DNA of 64,000 nucleotides from the NCBI GenBank assembly GCA_016783675.1, contig JADHWE010000002.1:19690-83689 (forward strand). Reading direction: 5' to 3'. Every line of letters begins with the position of its first letter. The first letter of the stretch is position 1. Both the position numbers and the translations under genes were made by a program. This document shows positions 49,683-58,211 of this stretch, in pieces. The stretch comes from Kiritimatiellia bacterium (lineage in GTDB: Bacteria; Verrucomicrobiota; Kiritimatiellia; UBA8416; JABMPJ01). The notes beneath the pieces were generated by a model, which was not told where the DNA came from, ran no database searches, and worked only from the letters and a program-made list of their open reading frames with translations.

Positions 49683-49683
49683 A
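49552..49683. repeat. Compound palindrome with GACAGGATT tandem repeats and a nested perfect hairpin at the gspH-gspI junction
   Basis: ttgacaggattgacaggatggacaggattg ... ccgttaatcctgttaatcctgtcaa. The loop contains tggcagcggcc-gaa-ggccgctgcca. Confidence 0.55.
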
Positions 49684-49692
49684 ATGTCTTCC

Positions 49693-50346
49693 CTAGTCCT
49701 TCAGCACTCGCGCCGATGAGAGGGCGTCGATTTCTATGGTGGCGGTGGCGCCTTCGTTGTCTTCGATGCCGACCGTGTGCGGGGTGCAGCGGCCGTTGGT
49801 GTAGTAGATGATGGTGTGTGAGCCGTCTTCCGCCCGGTAGCCATCCTCCCCTTCGACCTCGATGAAGCTCAAGATGATACGGTTGAACTCGTGGACCACC
49901 TCTTCATCCACGATCGCCTGTGCACCCTCGTAGGCGCCGTCAGCGGCGCCCGGCGATTCACCGGTATCGTCATCGTCTATCTTCCACGCCTCGCTGACAA
50001 CGGCGGCCAGGGGGTCCTGCGGCTCCGGCGCGACGTCCGTTTCTTCGCCACTCTCGTCAAGGCGCTCGGACTTGGGTGCGGCACGGATGGTGAGCGTGGA
50101 TGCGTCCAGGTTGTAGACCACGCTCATCTGCCGCTGTGACAGAACCGCCAGGCTCATGGCATGGCGTCCGGCCGACATCACCACGCGCGTGGCGCCACGC
50201 AGCTCATGCTCGCGCAACGTGCTCACCACCTGCGGCAGCATAACCGTGACGGCCACACCTATAATCACCAACACCAGCAACACCTCTATTAAGGTGAAGC
50301 CGCGGCGGAGTGCGCTCGTCGACCTTCCCTGTGCAGCGTCAGTCAC
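49693..50346 (-). CDS. gspH: Pseudopilin GspH-like
   Basis: MTDAAQGRSTSALRRG|FTLIEVLLVLVIIGVAV, 217 aa with an acidic periplasmic domain. Confidence 0.55.
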   Translation of the reverse strand: MTDAAQGRSTSALRRGFTLIEVLLVLVIIGVAVTVMLPQVVSTLREHELRGATRVVMSAGRHAMSLAVLSQRQMSVVYNLDASTLTIRAAPKSERLDESGEETDVAPEPQDPLAAVVSEAWKIDDDDTGESPGAADGAYEGAQAIVDEEVVHEFNRIILSFIEVEGEDGYRAEDGSHTIIYYTNGRCTPHTVGIEDNEGATATIEIDALSSARVLKD

Positions 50347-50350
50347 CAGA

Positions 50351-50746
50351 CTAATTCGTCAGATCGTCTTCCGAGCCCAGGCTGCCATCCGGCCCGCCGG
50401 ATGAGACGACATAGCGGAACTTGCCTTCGCGCTTGAACTGGAAGGCGTTGCCCCAGGCATCAACCGGGATTTCCCGCAGCGGCGCCTCGATGTCCTCGGT
50501 CTCCTGGGTCAGGTCCTGCAGCGAACCGGGCATCTTGTTGAAGTTGATGCGGTAGAGCTCAATCGCCTTGCAGATCACATCAATGTTGCCGCGCGTCGCC
50601 GTGGTATTGGCCTTGTCCATGTGACCGCCAACACCCACCACCGCAATCGTCGCCAAAATCCCCAGGATCGCCACCACCAGCAACACCTCGATCAGCGTAA
50701 AACCCGCCGACCCATGCACCCCATGCTCACGTCTCTCTTCTCTCAT
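50351..50746 (-). CDS. gspG: Major pseudopilin GspG
   Basis: AAGGAGGG RBS, then MREERREHGVHGSAG|FTLIEVLLVVAILGILA. Conserved IPVDAWGNAFQF (DPWGN-type) motif. Confidence 0.8.
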   Translation of the reverse strand: MREERREHGVHGSAGFTLIEVLLVVAILGILATIAVVGVGGHMDKANTTATRGNIDVICKAIELYRINFNKMPGSLQDLTQETEDIEAPLREIPVDAWGNAFQFKREGKFRYVVSSGGPDGSLGSEDDLTN

Positions 50747-50771
50747 CACACCCTCCTTTTTTAACATCTTC

Positions 50772-51005
50772 AGAAACCCACCTACCCCCAGCGGAGGCCA
50801 GGGCAAGGGTCTCGCAGGCCTTCTCCCATTCTACCCCCAGCGGAGGCCAGGGCAAGGGTTCCGAAGGCCTTCTCCCATTCTACCCCCAGCGGAGGCCAGG
50901 GCAAGGGTTCCGAAGGCCTTTGAGCGTGGTATTCCACGCTCTCCAGCCGAGGAACCCTTGCCCTGGCCGGAGCGCCCTCCAGCCAAGTGGCCTTCCCCTT
51001 GGCCG
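50772..51005. repeat. Tandem array of three ~50-bp GC-rich repeat units, plus an inverted partner arm and an orphan arm, between gspF and gspG
   Basis: ctacccccagcggaggccagggcaagggtNNcgNaggccttctcccattc occurs three times. Then gagcgtgg-tatt-ccacgctc, then gaacccttgccctggcc (perfect complement of the left arm), then ccagccaagtggccttccccttggccggagc. Confidence 0.65.
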
Positions 51006-51014
51006 GAGCGAACC

Positions 51015-52253
51015 TTATCCCAAGCCCTGCGTCATACTGAACACCGCCATCACAATCGCTATCGCAATAAACCCAACCAATCCCGCTACCACCACGATCA
51101 GGATCGGCTCCAGCGCCGTCGTAAAGATCTTCACATTGCGGTCGAGCTCGTTCTCGTAGCGCTGCGCGATATGCCCCAGCGCGCTGGGCATGTCACCGGT
51201 TTGCTCTCCGATCGCGAGCATGTCGGTCATCATCCGCGGAAATACCTTGCCGGCCGCCAGCGGCCCGGAGATTGTCGTACCGTCGGTCACGCGATCGCGC
51301 GCGTTCTTCAGCTCCGCACGCAACACGACATTCGTCATCGTACGCTCCACGATCCCCAGCGCCTGCAGGGCGGGCACCCCGTTACCCAACAACGTACCGA
51401 GCGTACGGGCCATGTTGGCAAACACCGACGACGCCACAATGCCCTTGATCAACGGAGCCCTGAGAAGGATACGGTGCCATACAAACTGTCCTTGCCCGGA
51501 TCGCGTAGCGCGGTAGAGCAGCACCACGATGATCGTCGTCACGATGGCGATAATCCAGCCATACTTGATGGTAATCTCGCTCACGCGCATAAGGATCATG
51601 GTCGGCAACGGAAGCTGACTGCCCAGCGTATCGAAGATCTTCTTGAACTTGGGAACCACGGCCACCATCGAGAAGATCAGAACGCCCACCCCCATAAACA
51701 GGACGATCACCGGATACACCAGCGCCATGATGACCTTGTCTTTGAGATCCTGCATTCGTTCATAATGCAGCACCAGGCGCCCCAACACCTCGTGCAGCGC
51801 ACCACTGGCCTCACCGGCGCGGATCATGCTCGCGTAGAGTGTCCCGAAGGTCTTGGGGTGCTTCTCCAGGGCCTCCGACATACTGGCCCCGCGGACGATG
51901 TCGTCGCGGAGCGCGGTGATAATCAGCCCTTCCTGGTGCGATGCATCGCGGCTGGAAAGACAGTTGAGCGCGTTGCCCAGGGTCATGCCCGATGCCAGCA
52001 GATCGCTCAGCTCGGTCGTAAAGGTCAACACGTCGCGCCGTCGCATGCGGGGTACGCCGCGCACGGTGGGAGCCGCCTTCTTCTTGTCTCTCGATTTTCC
52101 CCGAGGCGCCGCACTCGCGCCCTCGTGCACGGAAACCGGGACCAGCCCCTGGCGCTCGATCTCCTGCATCGCCGCCCGCCGGTCATGGGCATCAACACTA
52201 CCCTCAACCGCTTCACCGCTTCGCTTGCGGGCTCTATATGAGAAAGTTGGCAT
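51015..52253 (-). CDS. gspF: Type II secretion inner-membrane platform protein GspF
   Basis: 412-aa GspF-family protein with three TM segments and duplicated cytoplasmic domains. Confidence 0.85.
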   Translation of the reverse strand: MPTFSYRARKRSGEAVEGSVDAHDRRAAMQEIERQGLVPVSVHEGASAAPRGKSRDKKKAAPTVRGVPRMRRRDVLTFTTELSDLLASGMTLGNALNCLSSRDASHQEGLIITALRDDIVRGASMSEALEKHPKTFGTLYASMIRAGEASGALHEVLGRLVLHYERMQDLKDKVIMALVYPVIVLFMGVGVLIFSMVAVVPKFKKIFDTLGSQLPLPTMILMRVSEITIKYGWIIAIVTTIIVVLLYRATRSGQGQFVWHRILLRAPLIKGIVASSVFANMARTLGTLLGNGVPALQALGIVERTMTNVVLRAELKNARDRVTDGTTISGPLAAGKVFPRMMTDMLAIGEQTGDMPSALGHIAQRYENELDRNVKIFTTALEPILIVVVAGLVGFIAIAIVMAVFSMTQGLG

Positions 52254-52256
52254 CCG

Positions 52257-53957
52257 TTACTGGTTTTCTTCTGTTACCCGCAGCACTTCTTCGATCGTCG
52301 TGAAGCCGTTGAGCACTTTCTGCCAGCCGTCATCACGCAGCGTCACCATGCCCTGCTCGATGGACTTCGCCTTAATGTCGTGGGCCGAGCTGCGTGCCAC
52401 AACGAGCGCCTCGATGCCCTCCGTAACGTGCAGCACCTCGAAGATACCGCCGCGCCCCCGGAACCCGGTCATACGACAGGCCTCGCACGTGCTCGGCTCA
52501 TAGATAATACCGGTCGACAGCTTCTCCATCGGGAAGCCCAGCCTCTCCAGGCGCGCGCGGTCGGCCACATGCACCTTGCGGCAGTCGGGACAGAGGCGGC
52601 GCACGAGGCGCTGCGCAACGACACCGGTCACGGCGGACGCCACGAGGAACGGCTCCACTCCCATGTCGAGTAGACGCGTGAACGAACCGGCCGAGTCGTT
52701 TGTGTGCAGCGTACTGAAAACCAGGTGACCGGTCAGCGAGGCCTGGATCGCGATTTCCGCCGTTTCCGCGTCGCGAATTTCACCCACCATGATGATGTCG
52801 GGGTCCTGGCGCAGGAACGAGCGCAACGTACGGGCAAAGCTCAACCCGATATCAGGGCGTACCAGCACCTGGTTGATTCCACCCATCTCGTACTCGATCG
52901 GCTCCTCGGCCGTAAGGATGCGCCGGTCGATCTTGTTGACCTCGTGCAGGAACGCATAAAGTGATGTAGACTTACCAGATCCGGTCGGCCCCGTGACCAG
53001 GATGATTCCGTTGGGCCGATGGATCATCTTCTCCATGAGCCCCTTGTCACGCGGGGTCATCCCCAGGTCTTCGAGATCGATGAACTCGCCCTTCCGCTGC
53101 AGGAGACGCAGGCTGACGCTTTCGCCGTAGACGGTCGGCATGGTCGAGACACGGATATCGATATCTTCGCCTTGGACGCGCAGCCCGATACGGCCATCCA
53201 TGGGGAGGCGCTTCTCGGCAATGTCGAGGTTGGCCATCACCTTGATACGCGAGATAATGGCAGCCTGGAACCGGATCAGGCGCGCCGGCACCGGGGTCTG
53301 GTGAAGCACCCCGTCCACCCGGTAGCGAATGCGGAGCTGATCTTCCATCGGTTCGAAATGGATATCCGTGGAGCCCTGCTGCACCGCTTCCCAGATGATC
53401 TGGTTGACGAACTTGACGATCGAGGCTTCCTGGTCGAGCTCGGTCACGTCAACCTTGGTCAGCGTTTCCTCGGCCACCTCAAAGCGGTCGTCCTGCATCA
53501 TGCGATCGACCGTCTCGGCGCCCACACCGTAGAACTTCTTGGCAGCCTTGGCGATGTCGGTAGAAGGACTCAGGGCCAGCTTAACGCGTCCTCCGGCGGC
53601 CAGGCGCAGGCTATCGACCAGCCCGGCATTGAGGGGGTCGTTCGTGGCTACCTGCAGCGTCCCGTTCTCGAACTCAAAAGGAATAACTTGATACTGGAAG
53701 ACCGCCTTCGTCGGGAGTCGATCGAGCACTTCCTGATCGATTTCCTGCGTGTTCAACCGCAGGTAAGGCAGGCGCAGCACCTCGGCCAGCTTCTCGAGAA
53801 AAGCTTCCTCGGGGGCATAGCCCTCGGCCGCCACGATCTCGGTAATACCCATGTCCGAGCTGCGTGCCGCCTCGATCAGCTCGACCACCTGCGCAGGCGT
53901 GAAGAGCTCCATCCGCTCCAACAGCCCCGAGAGATACTCTGTATTGGCATTCGGCAT
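52257..53957 (-). CDS. gspE: Type II secretion ATPase GspE
   Basis: N1/N2 domains, Walker A GPTGSGKSTS, Asp/His boxes and the CPDC...CEAC zinc motif. Confidence 0.85.
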   Translation of the reverse strand: MPNANTEYLSGLLERMELFTPAQVVELIEAARSSDMGITEIVAAEGYAPEEAFLEKLAEVLRLPYLRLNTQEIDQEVLDRLPTKAVFQYQVIPFEFENGTLQVATNDPLNAGLVDSLRLAAGGRVKLALSPSTDIAKAAKKFYGVGAETVDRMMQDDRFEVAEETLTKVDVTELDQEASIVKFVNQIIWEAVQQGSTDIHFEPMEDQLRIRYRVDGVLHQTPVPARLIRFQAAIISRIKVMANLDIAEKRLPMDGRIGLRVQGEDIDIRVSTMPTVYGESVSLRLLQRKGEFIDLEDLGMTPRDKGLMEKMIHRPNGIILVTGPTGSGKSTSLYAFLHEVNKIDRRILTAEEPIEYEMGGINQVLVRPDIGLSFARTLRSFLRQDPDIIMVGEIRDAETAEIAIQASLTGHLVFSTLHTNDSAGSFTRLLDMGVEPFLVASAVTGVVAQRLVRRLCPDCRKVHVADRARLERLGFPMEKLSTGIIYEPSTCEACRMTGFRGRGGIFEVLHVTEGIEALVVARSSAHDIKAKSIEQGMVTLRDDGWQKVLNGFTTIEEVLRVTEENQ

Positions 53958-54000
53958 CGTTCAATTAGTCTATGCCGAACCCCGCCACTCTGTCCAACAC

Positions 54001-55161
54001 CTAAAGCTTGATCCCGCGGCGCTGGTAGGTGGGGATGTCGAGGTCTTCGCCATCTTGGAGGGTGGGGTCGGTGTCTTCGAACTGACCGCGGCCGGCGGGT
54101 TCGAGTTGGAGTGTTGTTTGCACGCCGGTGCGGGATGGTGGATTGGGATTCTCGACCAGGGGCGGAAACTCGTCTGTTGTTGTTTCGGTCGGCGCGGCCA
54201 CGGTCCGCGCCGGCGCGGCACCGCTCCAGCCACCGGGTCGGGCGGCAATGAGAGTCAGCAGCAGGCGGCCCTTCCATTCCGGGTCGATCGACGTGCCAAT
54301 CGTAACATCTGTCTCTTCACCGCAGGCGGCCTTGATCGGCACCATGATGTCGCCCAGGTCTTTCAGCGTCAGGTCGTCGCCGGCCACGATGCTGACCAGG
54401 ACCGACTTGCAGTCGGCCAGTATGGCACCCCCGTCGATCATGGGATGGGCAAGGAGTTGCTTTGCCGCGCTCTGTCCGCGGCACCGGCCGCGTCCCTCGG
54501 CCCAAGCCAGGCTGGCGATGCCCCGCTCCGGCTTGGCAACCTGCGCCAGGTCCGATGCGCTCGCGTTCAGGTAGCCGGGCTTGGTGAGCAGCTGCCAGAT
54601 GGCCAGCACGCACGTGCCCAGCGCGGCTTCCGCCTTCGGAAAAGCTTCGCTCACAGCATCCTTGCCGGTGCTCTTGAATAGCTTATCGTTGGGAACCAGG
54701 ATCAGCCCGTCGGTGGCCTCGCGAATCTCCGGCACAGCACGGCGCGCCAGCACGGCGCGCCCCTTGCTTTCGAACCCGAACGGCAGCGTCGCAAAGCAGA
54801 GCGTGGGGATGCCGGCCAATCCGGCAGCCTTGAGCACGTCCACGGTGATCGCCGAGCCCGTCCCCCCTCCCAGGCCTGTCAGCACCAGGACCATGGCGGC
54901 ATCGGTCAGCAAGCCGCGAATCATCTCGGCATCTTCGGTTGCCGCACGGCGGCCCAGCCCGGCATCACCGCCGGTGCCCTTGCCGTGGGTCAGGTGAGAT
55001 CCGATCTGCAGCTTGCTGACCGCCCCGGAGGATGCCAACGCCTCGGTGTCCGTATCGATCACAGCGGTACGCAGTGCCCCCGGCACGAGGCCGGACAGCC
55101 CCTCCACGAGACGCCCCCCGGCGCCCCCCACTCCGACGATCAGTATGTCGTTACTATTCAT
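54001..55161 (-). CDS. ftsZ: Cell division GTPase FtsZ
   Basis: VGVGGAGG and GLGGGTGSA tubulin/FtsZ GTP-binding motifs. C-terminal conserved peptide DIPTYQRRGIKL. Confidence 0.75.
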   Translation of the reverse strand: MNSNDILIVGVGGAGGRLVEGLSGLVPGALRTAVIDTDTEALASSGAVSKLQIGSHLTHGKGTGGDAGLGRRAATEDAEMIRGLLTDAAMVLVLTGLGGGTGSAITVDVLKAAGLAGIPTLCFATLPFGFESKGRAVLARRAVPEIREATDGLILVPNDKLFKSTGKDAVSEAFPKAEAALGTCVLAIWQLLTKPGYLNASASDLAQVAKPERGIASLAWAEGRGRCRGQSAAKQLLAHPMIDGGAILADCKSVLVSIVAGDDLTLKDLGDIMVPIKAACGEETDVTIGTSIDPEWKGRLLLTLIAARPGGWSGAAPARTVAAPTETTTDEFPPLVENPNPPSRTGVQTTLQLEPAGRGQFEDTDPTLQDGEDLDIPTYQRRGIKL

Positions 55162-55255
55162 AGAATGAACTCAAACATGGATGTACAGGATCAAGCAGGA
55201 TTCGAACTCTCATTATCCTCTCCATCCTGTATATCCATGTGAGTACCCTACCGGT

Positions 55256-56455
55256 TCAACGTTTCAGAATGTTCTTAATCAAGCCGGTCAGAGCCGGGGC
55301 GCGGCGGCGGCTCTGCCATTTGCGGCAGGCGTATTGGATCAGGCCTGTGCAGGTGGCGTACTCCGGCCCCTCGGTGGCCGTCGCCAGGCCGCTGACTTCA
55401 CGCGGGCGCCCGACGGTGCAGGGCATCTTGAATATCTCGGCGGCCAGGTCGGTCACGCCCGGCATGTGCGCGCAGCCGCCCACGAGTACCACGCCCGCGG
55501 CCAGGTGCGGCGGCACCTTGTCCTCTTCCAGGCGATGCTGCACCATGCGAAGCGTCTCGTCGACACGGGCATTTATGACAGTCAGCAGGGATTGACGCGA
55601 GATGGTGCGTCCGCCGAACCCGACGCCCGGCGCCACGGCAACCTTTCCTTCCACGTCGGCCGGTATCACCGCCCCACCGTGTTCGATCTTGCAGCGCTCG
55701 GCCTGTCGCTCGGGAATGCCGAACGCGAGCGCGATATCGTTCGTGACGTGGTCGCCGCCTACACCGAGCGCGCCCGTGGCGGCAATGACGTTACCGGCAT
55801 AGGCAACATACTCGGTTGTGCCCGCACCCATATCGATGACCAGCACGCCGCCCTTCTTCTGCTCAACACTTAATACCGAAAGCCCCGATGCCAGGCCTGC
55901 GTAGATCACGTCCTTCACATCGATCATCAGGTCTTCGACAGCCTTGATCGCGTTGCGCATCGGTGAGCGCAGTCCGTGCACGACGAGCATATCCAGCTCG
56001 AGGCGCGCGCCTTCCATGCCTTCGGGCGTCACAACGCGCTGCTGACCGTCGATACAGTAATGCTGGCAAATCGTGTGGAGTACCTCGCGGTCGGTGGGCA
56101 TATTCACGGCCTTCGCGATATTCATGACGGACTGCATGTCGTGGCGCGTGATCTCGCTCCGGTCGCGCACGGGCACCACGCCGCGGTGGACGTCGCTGCG
56201 TACGTGTCCGCCCGACACGGCGAGCACGACCTGGCGGATGGTAACCTCGCCACTCTCCTCGGCGGCAGCCAGGGCAGCTTTGGTTGCATCGGCGGCGGCC
56301 TCGATGTCGACCACCAGCCCTTTGCTGATCCCGCGCGAGGGCTGCTCGCCCATACCGGTGATCATGATGTGCCCGTCTTCACGCATCTCACCCACGAGGG
56401 CGATCACCTTGGCGGTGCCCAGCTCCAACGCAACAATGACCGGTGATGCAGGCAT
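55256..56455 (-). CDS. ftsA: Cell division protein FtsA
   Basis: Actin-like ATPase with VIVALELGTAKV and GGG...DIG motifs. 399 aa. Confidence 0.8.
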   Translation of the reverse strand: MPASPVIVALELGTAKVIALVGEMREDGHIMITGMGEQPSRGISKGLVVDIEAAADATKAALAAAEESGEVTIRQVVLAVSGGHVRSDVHRGVVPVRDRSEITRHDMQSVMNIAKAVNMPTDREVLHTICQHYCIDGQQRVVTPEGMEGARLELDMLVVHGLRSPMRNAIKAVEDLMIDVKDVIYAGLASGLSVLSVEQKKGGVLVIDMGAGTTEYVAYAGNVIAATGALGVGGDHVTNDIALAFGIPERQAERCKIEHGGAVIPADVEGKVAVAPGVGFGGRTISRQSLLTVINARVDETLRMVQHRLEEDKVPPHLAAGVVLVGGCAHMPGVTDLAAEIFKMPCTVGRPREVSGLATATEGPEYATCTGLIQYACRKWQSRRRAPALTGLIKNILKR

Positions 56456-56461
56456 AGGTGT

Positions 56462-57319
56462 TTACCGTCCGTAGAGGCGTCCGTCGATCGTGGCATCCAG
56501 GTAGGACAGGCGCGCTCCCTTGGGGTCGTCGAACGCCTGCTTGATGAATCCCAGCGTGTCAGACAGGCTGCGAAGCGATGCGGAAGTCTGCTGGCCCATT
56601 CCGTTCCAGGTCAGGGGCACTTCGCGTTTGCGGTCCTTGTACTCCATCTTCAGCACGAGCTTTTCGGGGTCGCCAACATCAACATCCAGCGGCCGCATGT
56701 CCACCTGCCGGCTATCGCAGCCTTCGATCACTTGCAGAGCGGCCAGCACACTGCCTTCGAGTTGCATCCCGGGCTCGAGGTCCTTGCTGTCATAGCCGCT
56801 GATCGTCGGCAGGCCGCGCGTCCCGGTGCGCGCGATGAATACACACCCCTCGCTGTCGGCCACCATGCCGCCACGGTGTCCGATCCGGGCCAGCGGCGTA
56901 CGATCGATCACGTTGATGACCACCCTGTCGGGCAGGTAGCGCGTGATGGTCATGGAATGAAAATTCGGGGAGTTGGCCATCACGTACTCGCGCACGGCGC
57001 CGATATCGAAACCGAAGATGTTCTGACCTTCCTTGATCTGCGTGTAGTCTTTCACCAGCGCCTTGGTGCGCGGGCTCGTGGCCAGGACCTGCAGATCGCG
57101 GATGACGAAGGCGTCGCTGCGGGCATAGAGGAAGGCGCCCAGCTCGCGAATGCACAGCCAGAGCAGGAACACGCCGATCAAAACCGAGATCGGCACAGCC
57201 GCCAGCCCCGCGATATGGGCATAGCGCGTCTTCTTCTTCCGGGTACGACGCGCACTCACGCGCAATACGGGCGTCTTTTTCCGGGATCGTAATCTGGATC
57301 TAGACCTCGCCATCTTCAC
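56462..57319 (-). CDS. ftsQ: Cell division protein FtsQ/DivIB
   Basis: Basic N-terminus, single TM (GLAAVPISVLIGVFLLWLCI), POTRA-like periplasmic domain. Lies between ddl and ftsA. Confidence 0.6.
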   Translation of the reverse strand: MKMARSRSRLRSRKKTPVLRVSARRTRKKKTRYAHIAGLAAVPISVLIGVFLLWLCIRELGAFLYARSDAFVIRDLQVLATSPRTKALVKDYTQIKEGQNIFGFDIGAVREYVMANSPNFHSMTITRYLPDRVVINVIDRTPLARIGHRGGMVADSEGCVFIARTGTRGLPTISGYDSKDLEPGMQLEGSVLAALQVIEGCDSRQVDMRPLDVDVGDPEKLVLKMEYKDRKREVPLTWNGMGQQTSASLRSLSDTLGFIKQAFDDPKGARLSYLDATIDGRLYGR

Positions 57320-58211
57320 CCTCGTTCGTTACGGCCAACTCTACAATCATTGCGCACAGTTCAGCAAACCCGATTCCGGCCGCCGCGGCGCCCTTGGGCA
57401 GAAGACTGGTTTCGGTGAACCCCGGAATCGTGTTGATCTCAAGCACGGTCGGTTCACCGCTCTCCGGCAGCCGAAAGTCCACGCGCGCAAAACCGCTGCA
57501 TTCCATCACGCGGAACGTATCCAGCGCGAGCTCGCGACAGCGTTGCGCCACGCCTTCGTCAAGATCAGCCGGGAAGATGTACTCCGTCTTCCCGCTGGTG
57601 TACTTCGCTTCATAGTCGTACCACGCATCGGGCGCGATGATCTCGCCGACCGGGAGGGCCAGGTCGCCCACCACGCCCACAGTCAGTTCGCGTCCCGGCA
57701 CATAGGTCTCGGCCACTGCGCGGCCGTAGCGGCGGGCATCGGCGCAGGCGGCGGCCCACTCCCCGGGCTCGCGCACACAGTGGATGCCGATGGTCGACCC
57801 CTGGCAGGCAGGCTTGATCACGACGGGAAGCGGAAGCGGAGAAACCTCACCATCGCGCAACACGCTGAACTCAGGCGTTGGAATCCCGGCGGCCACGAGG
57901 CGCTCTTTCGTGGTGATCTTGTCGTACGATGCCCGGCTGGCGGCAACGCCCGACCCGGTATAGGGCACGCCCATGCCGTCCAGAAGCTCCTGTACGCCGC
58001 CGTCCTCGCCAAAGTCACCGTGCAGGGCAATGAATACCGCGTCCGTCCCCTCCGGCAGCGAGACAGCGCGCTCCGTCACATCGATTTCGGTAACGTCGTA
58101 GCCCGCTTCACGCAGTCCGTTCGCAATCGCAGCACCAGAACGCAACGATACGTCGCGTTCTTCAGATACGCCGCCTTTTAGAACTGTTACAGATCTACCC
58201 ATGGTTACCAA
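57300..58211 (-). CDS. ddl: D-alanine--D-alanine ligase
   Basis: ATP-grasp fold. LKGGVSEEREVSLRSG N-terminus and conserved C-terminal EINTIPG motif. Confidence 0.85.
   Translation of the reverse strand: MVTMGRSVTVLKGGVSEERDVSLRSGAAIANGLREAGYDVTEIDVTERAVSLPEGTDAVFIALHGDFGEDGGVQELLDGMGVPYTGSGVAASRASYDKITTKERLVAAGIPTPEFSVLRDGEVSPLPLPVVIKPACQGSTIGIHCVREPGEWAAACADARRYGRAVAETYVPGRELTVGVVGDLALPVGEIIAPDAWYDYEAKYTSGKTEYIFPADLDEGVAQRCRELALDTFRVMECSGFARVDFRLPESGEPTVLEINTIPGFTETSLLPKGAAAAGIGFAELCAMIVELAVTNEGEDGEV

Noticed and set aside
50772-50930. Three ~50-bp direct repeats that might suggest a CRISPR array
   Set aside because: The units are directly adjacent with no unique spacers, and no cas genes are present. 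It is a tandem repeat/palindromic element, not CRISPR.
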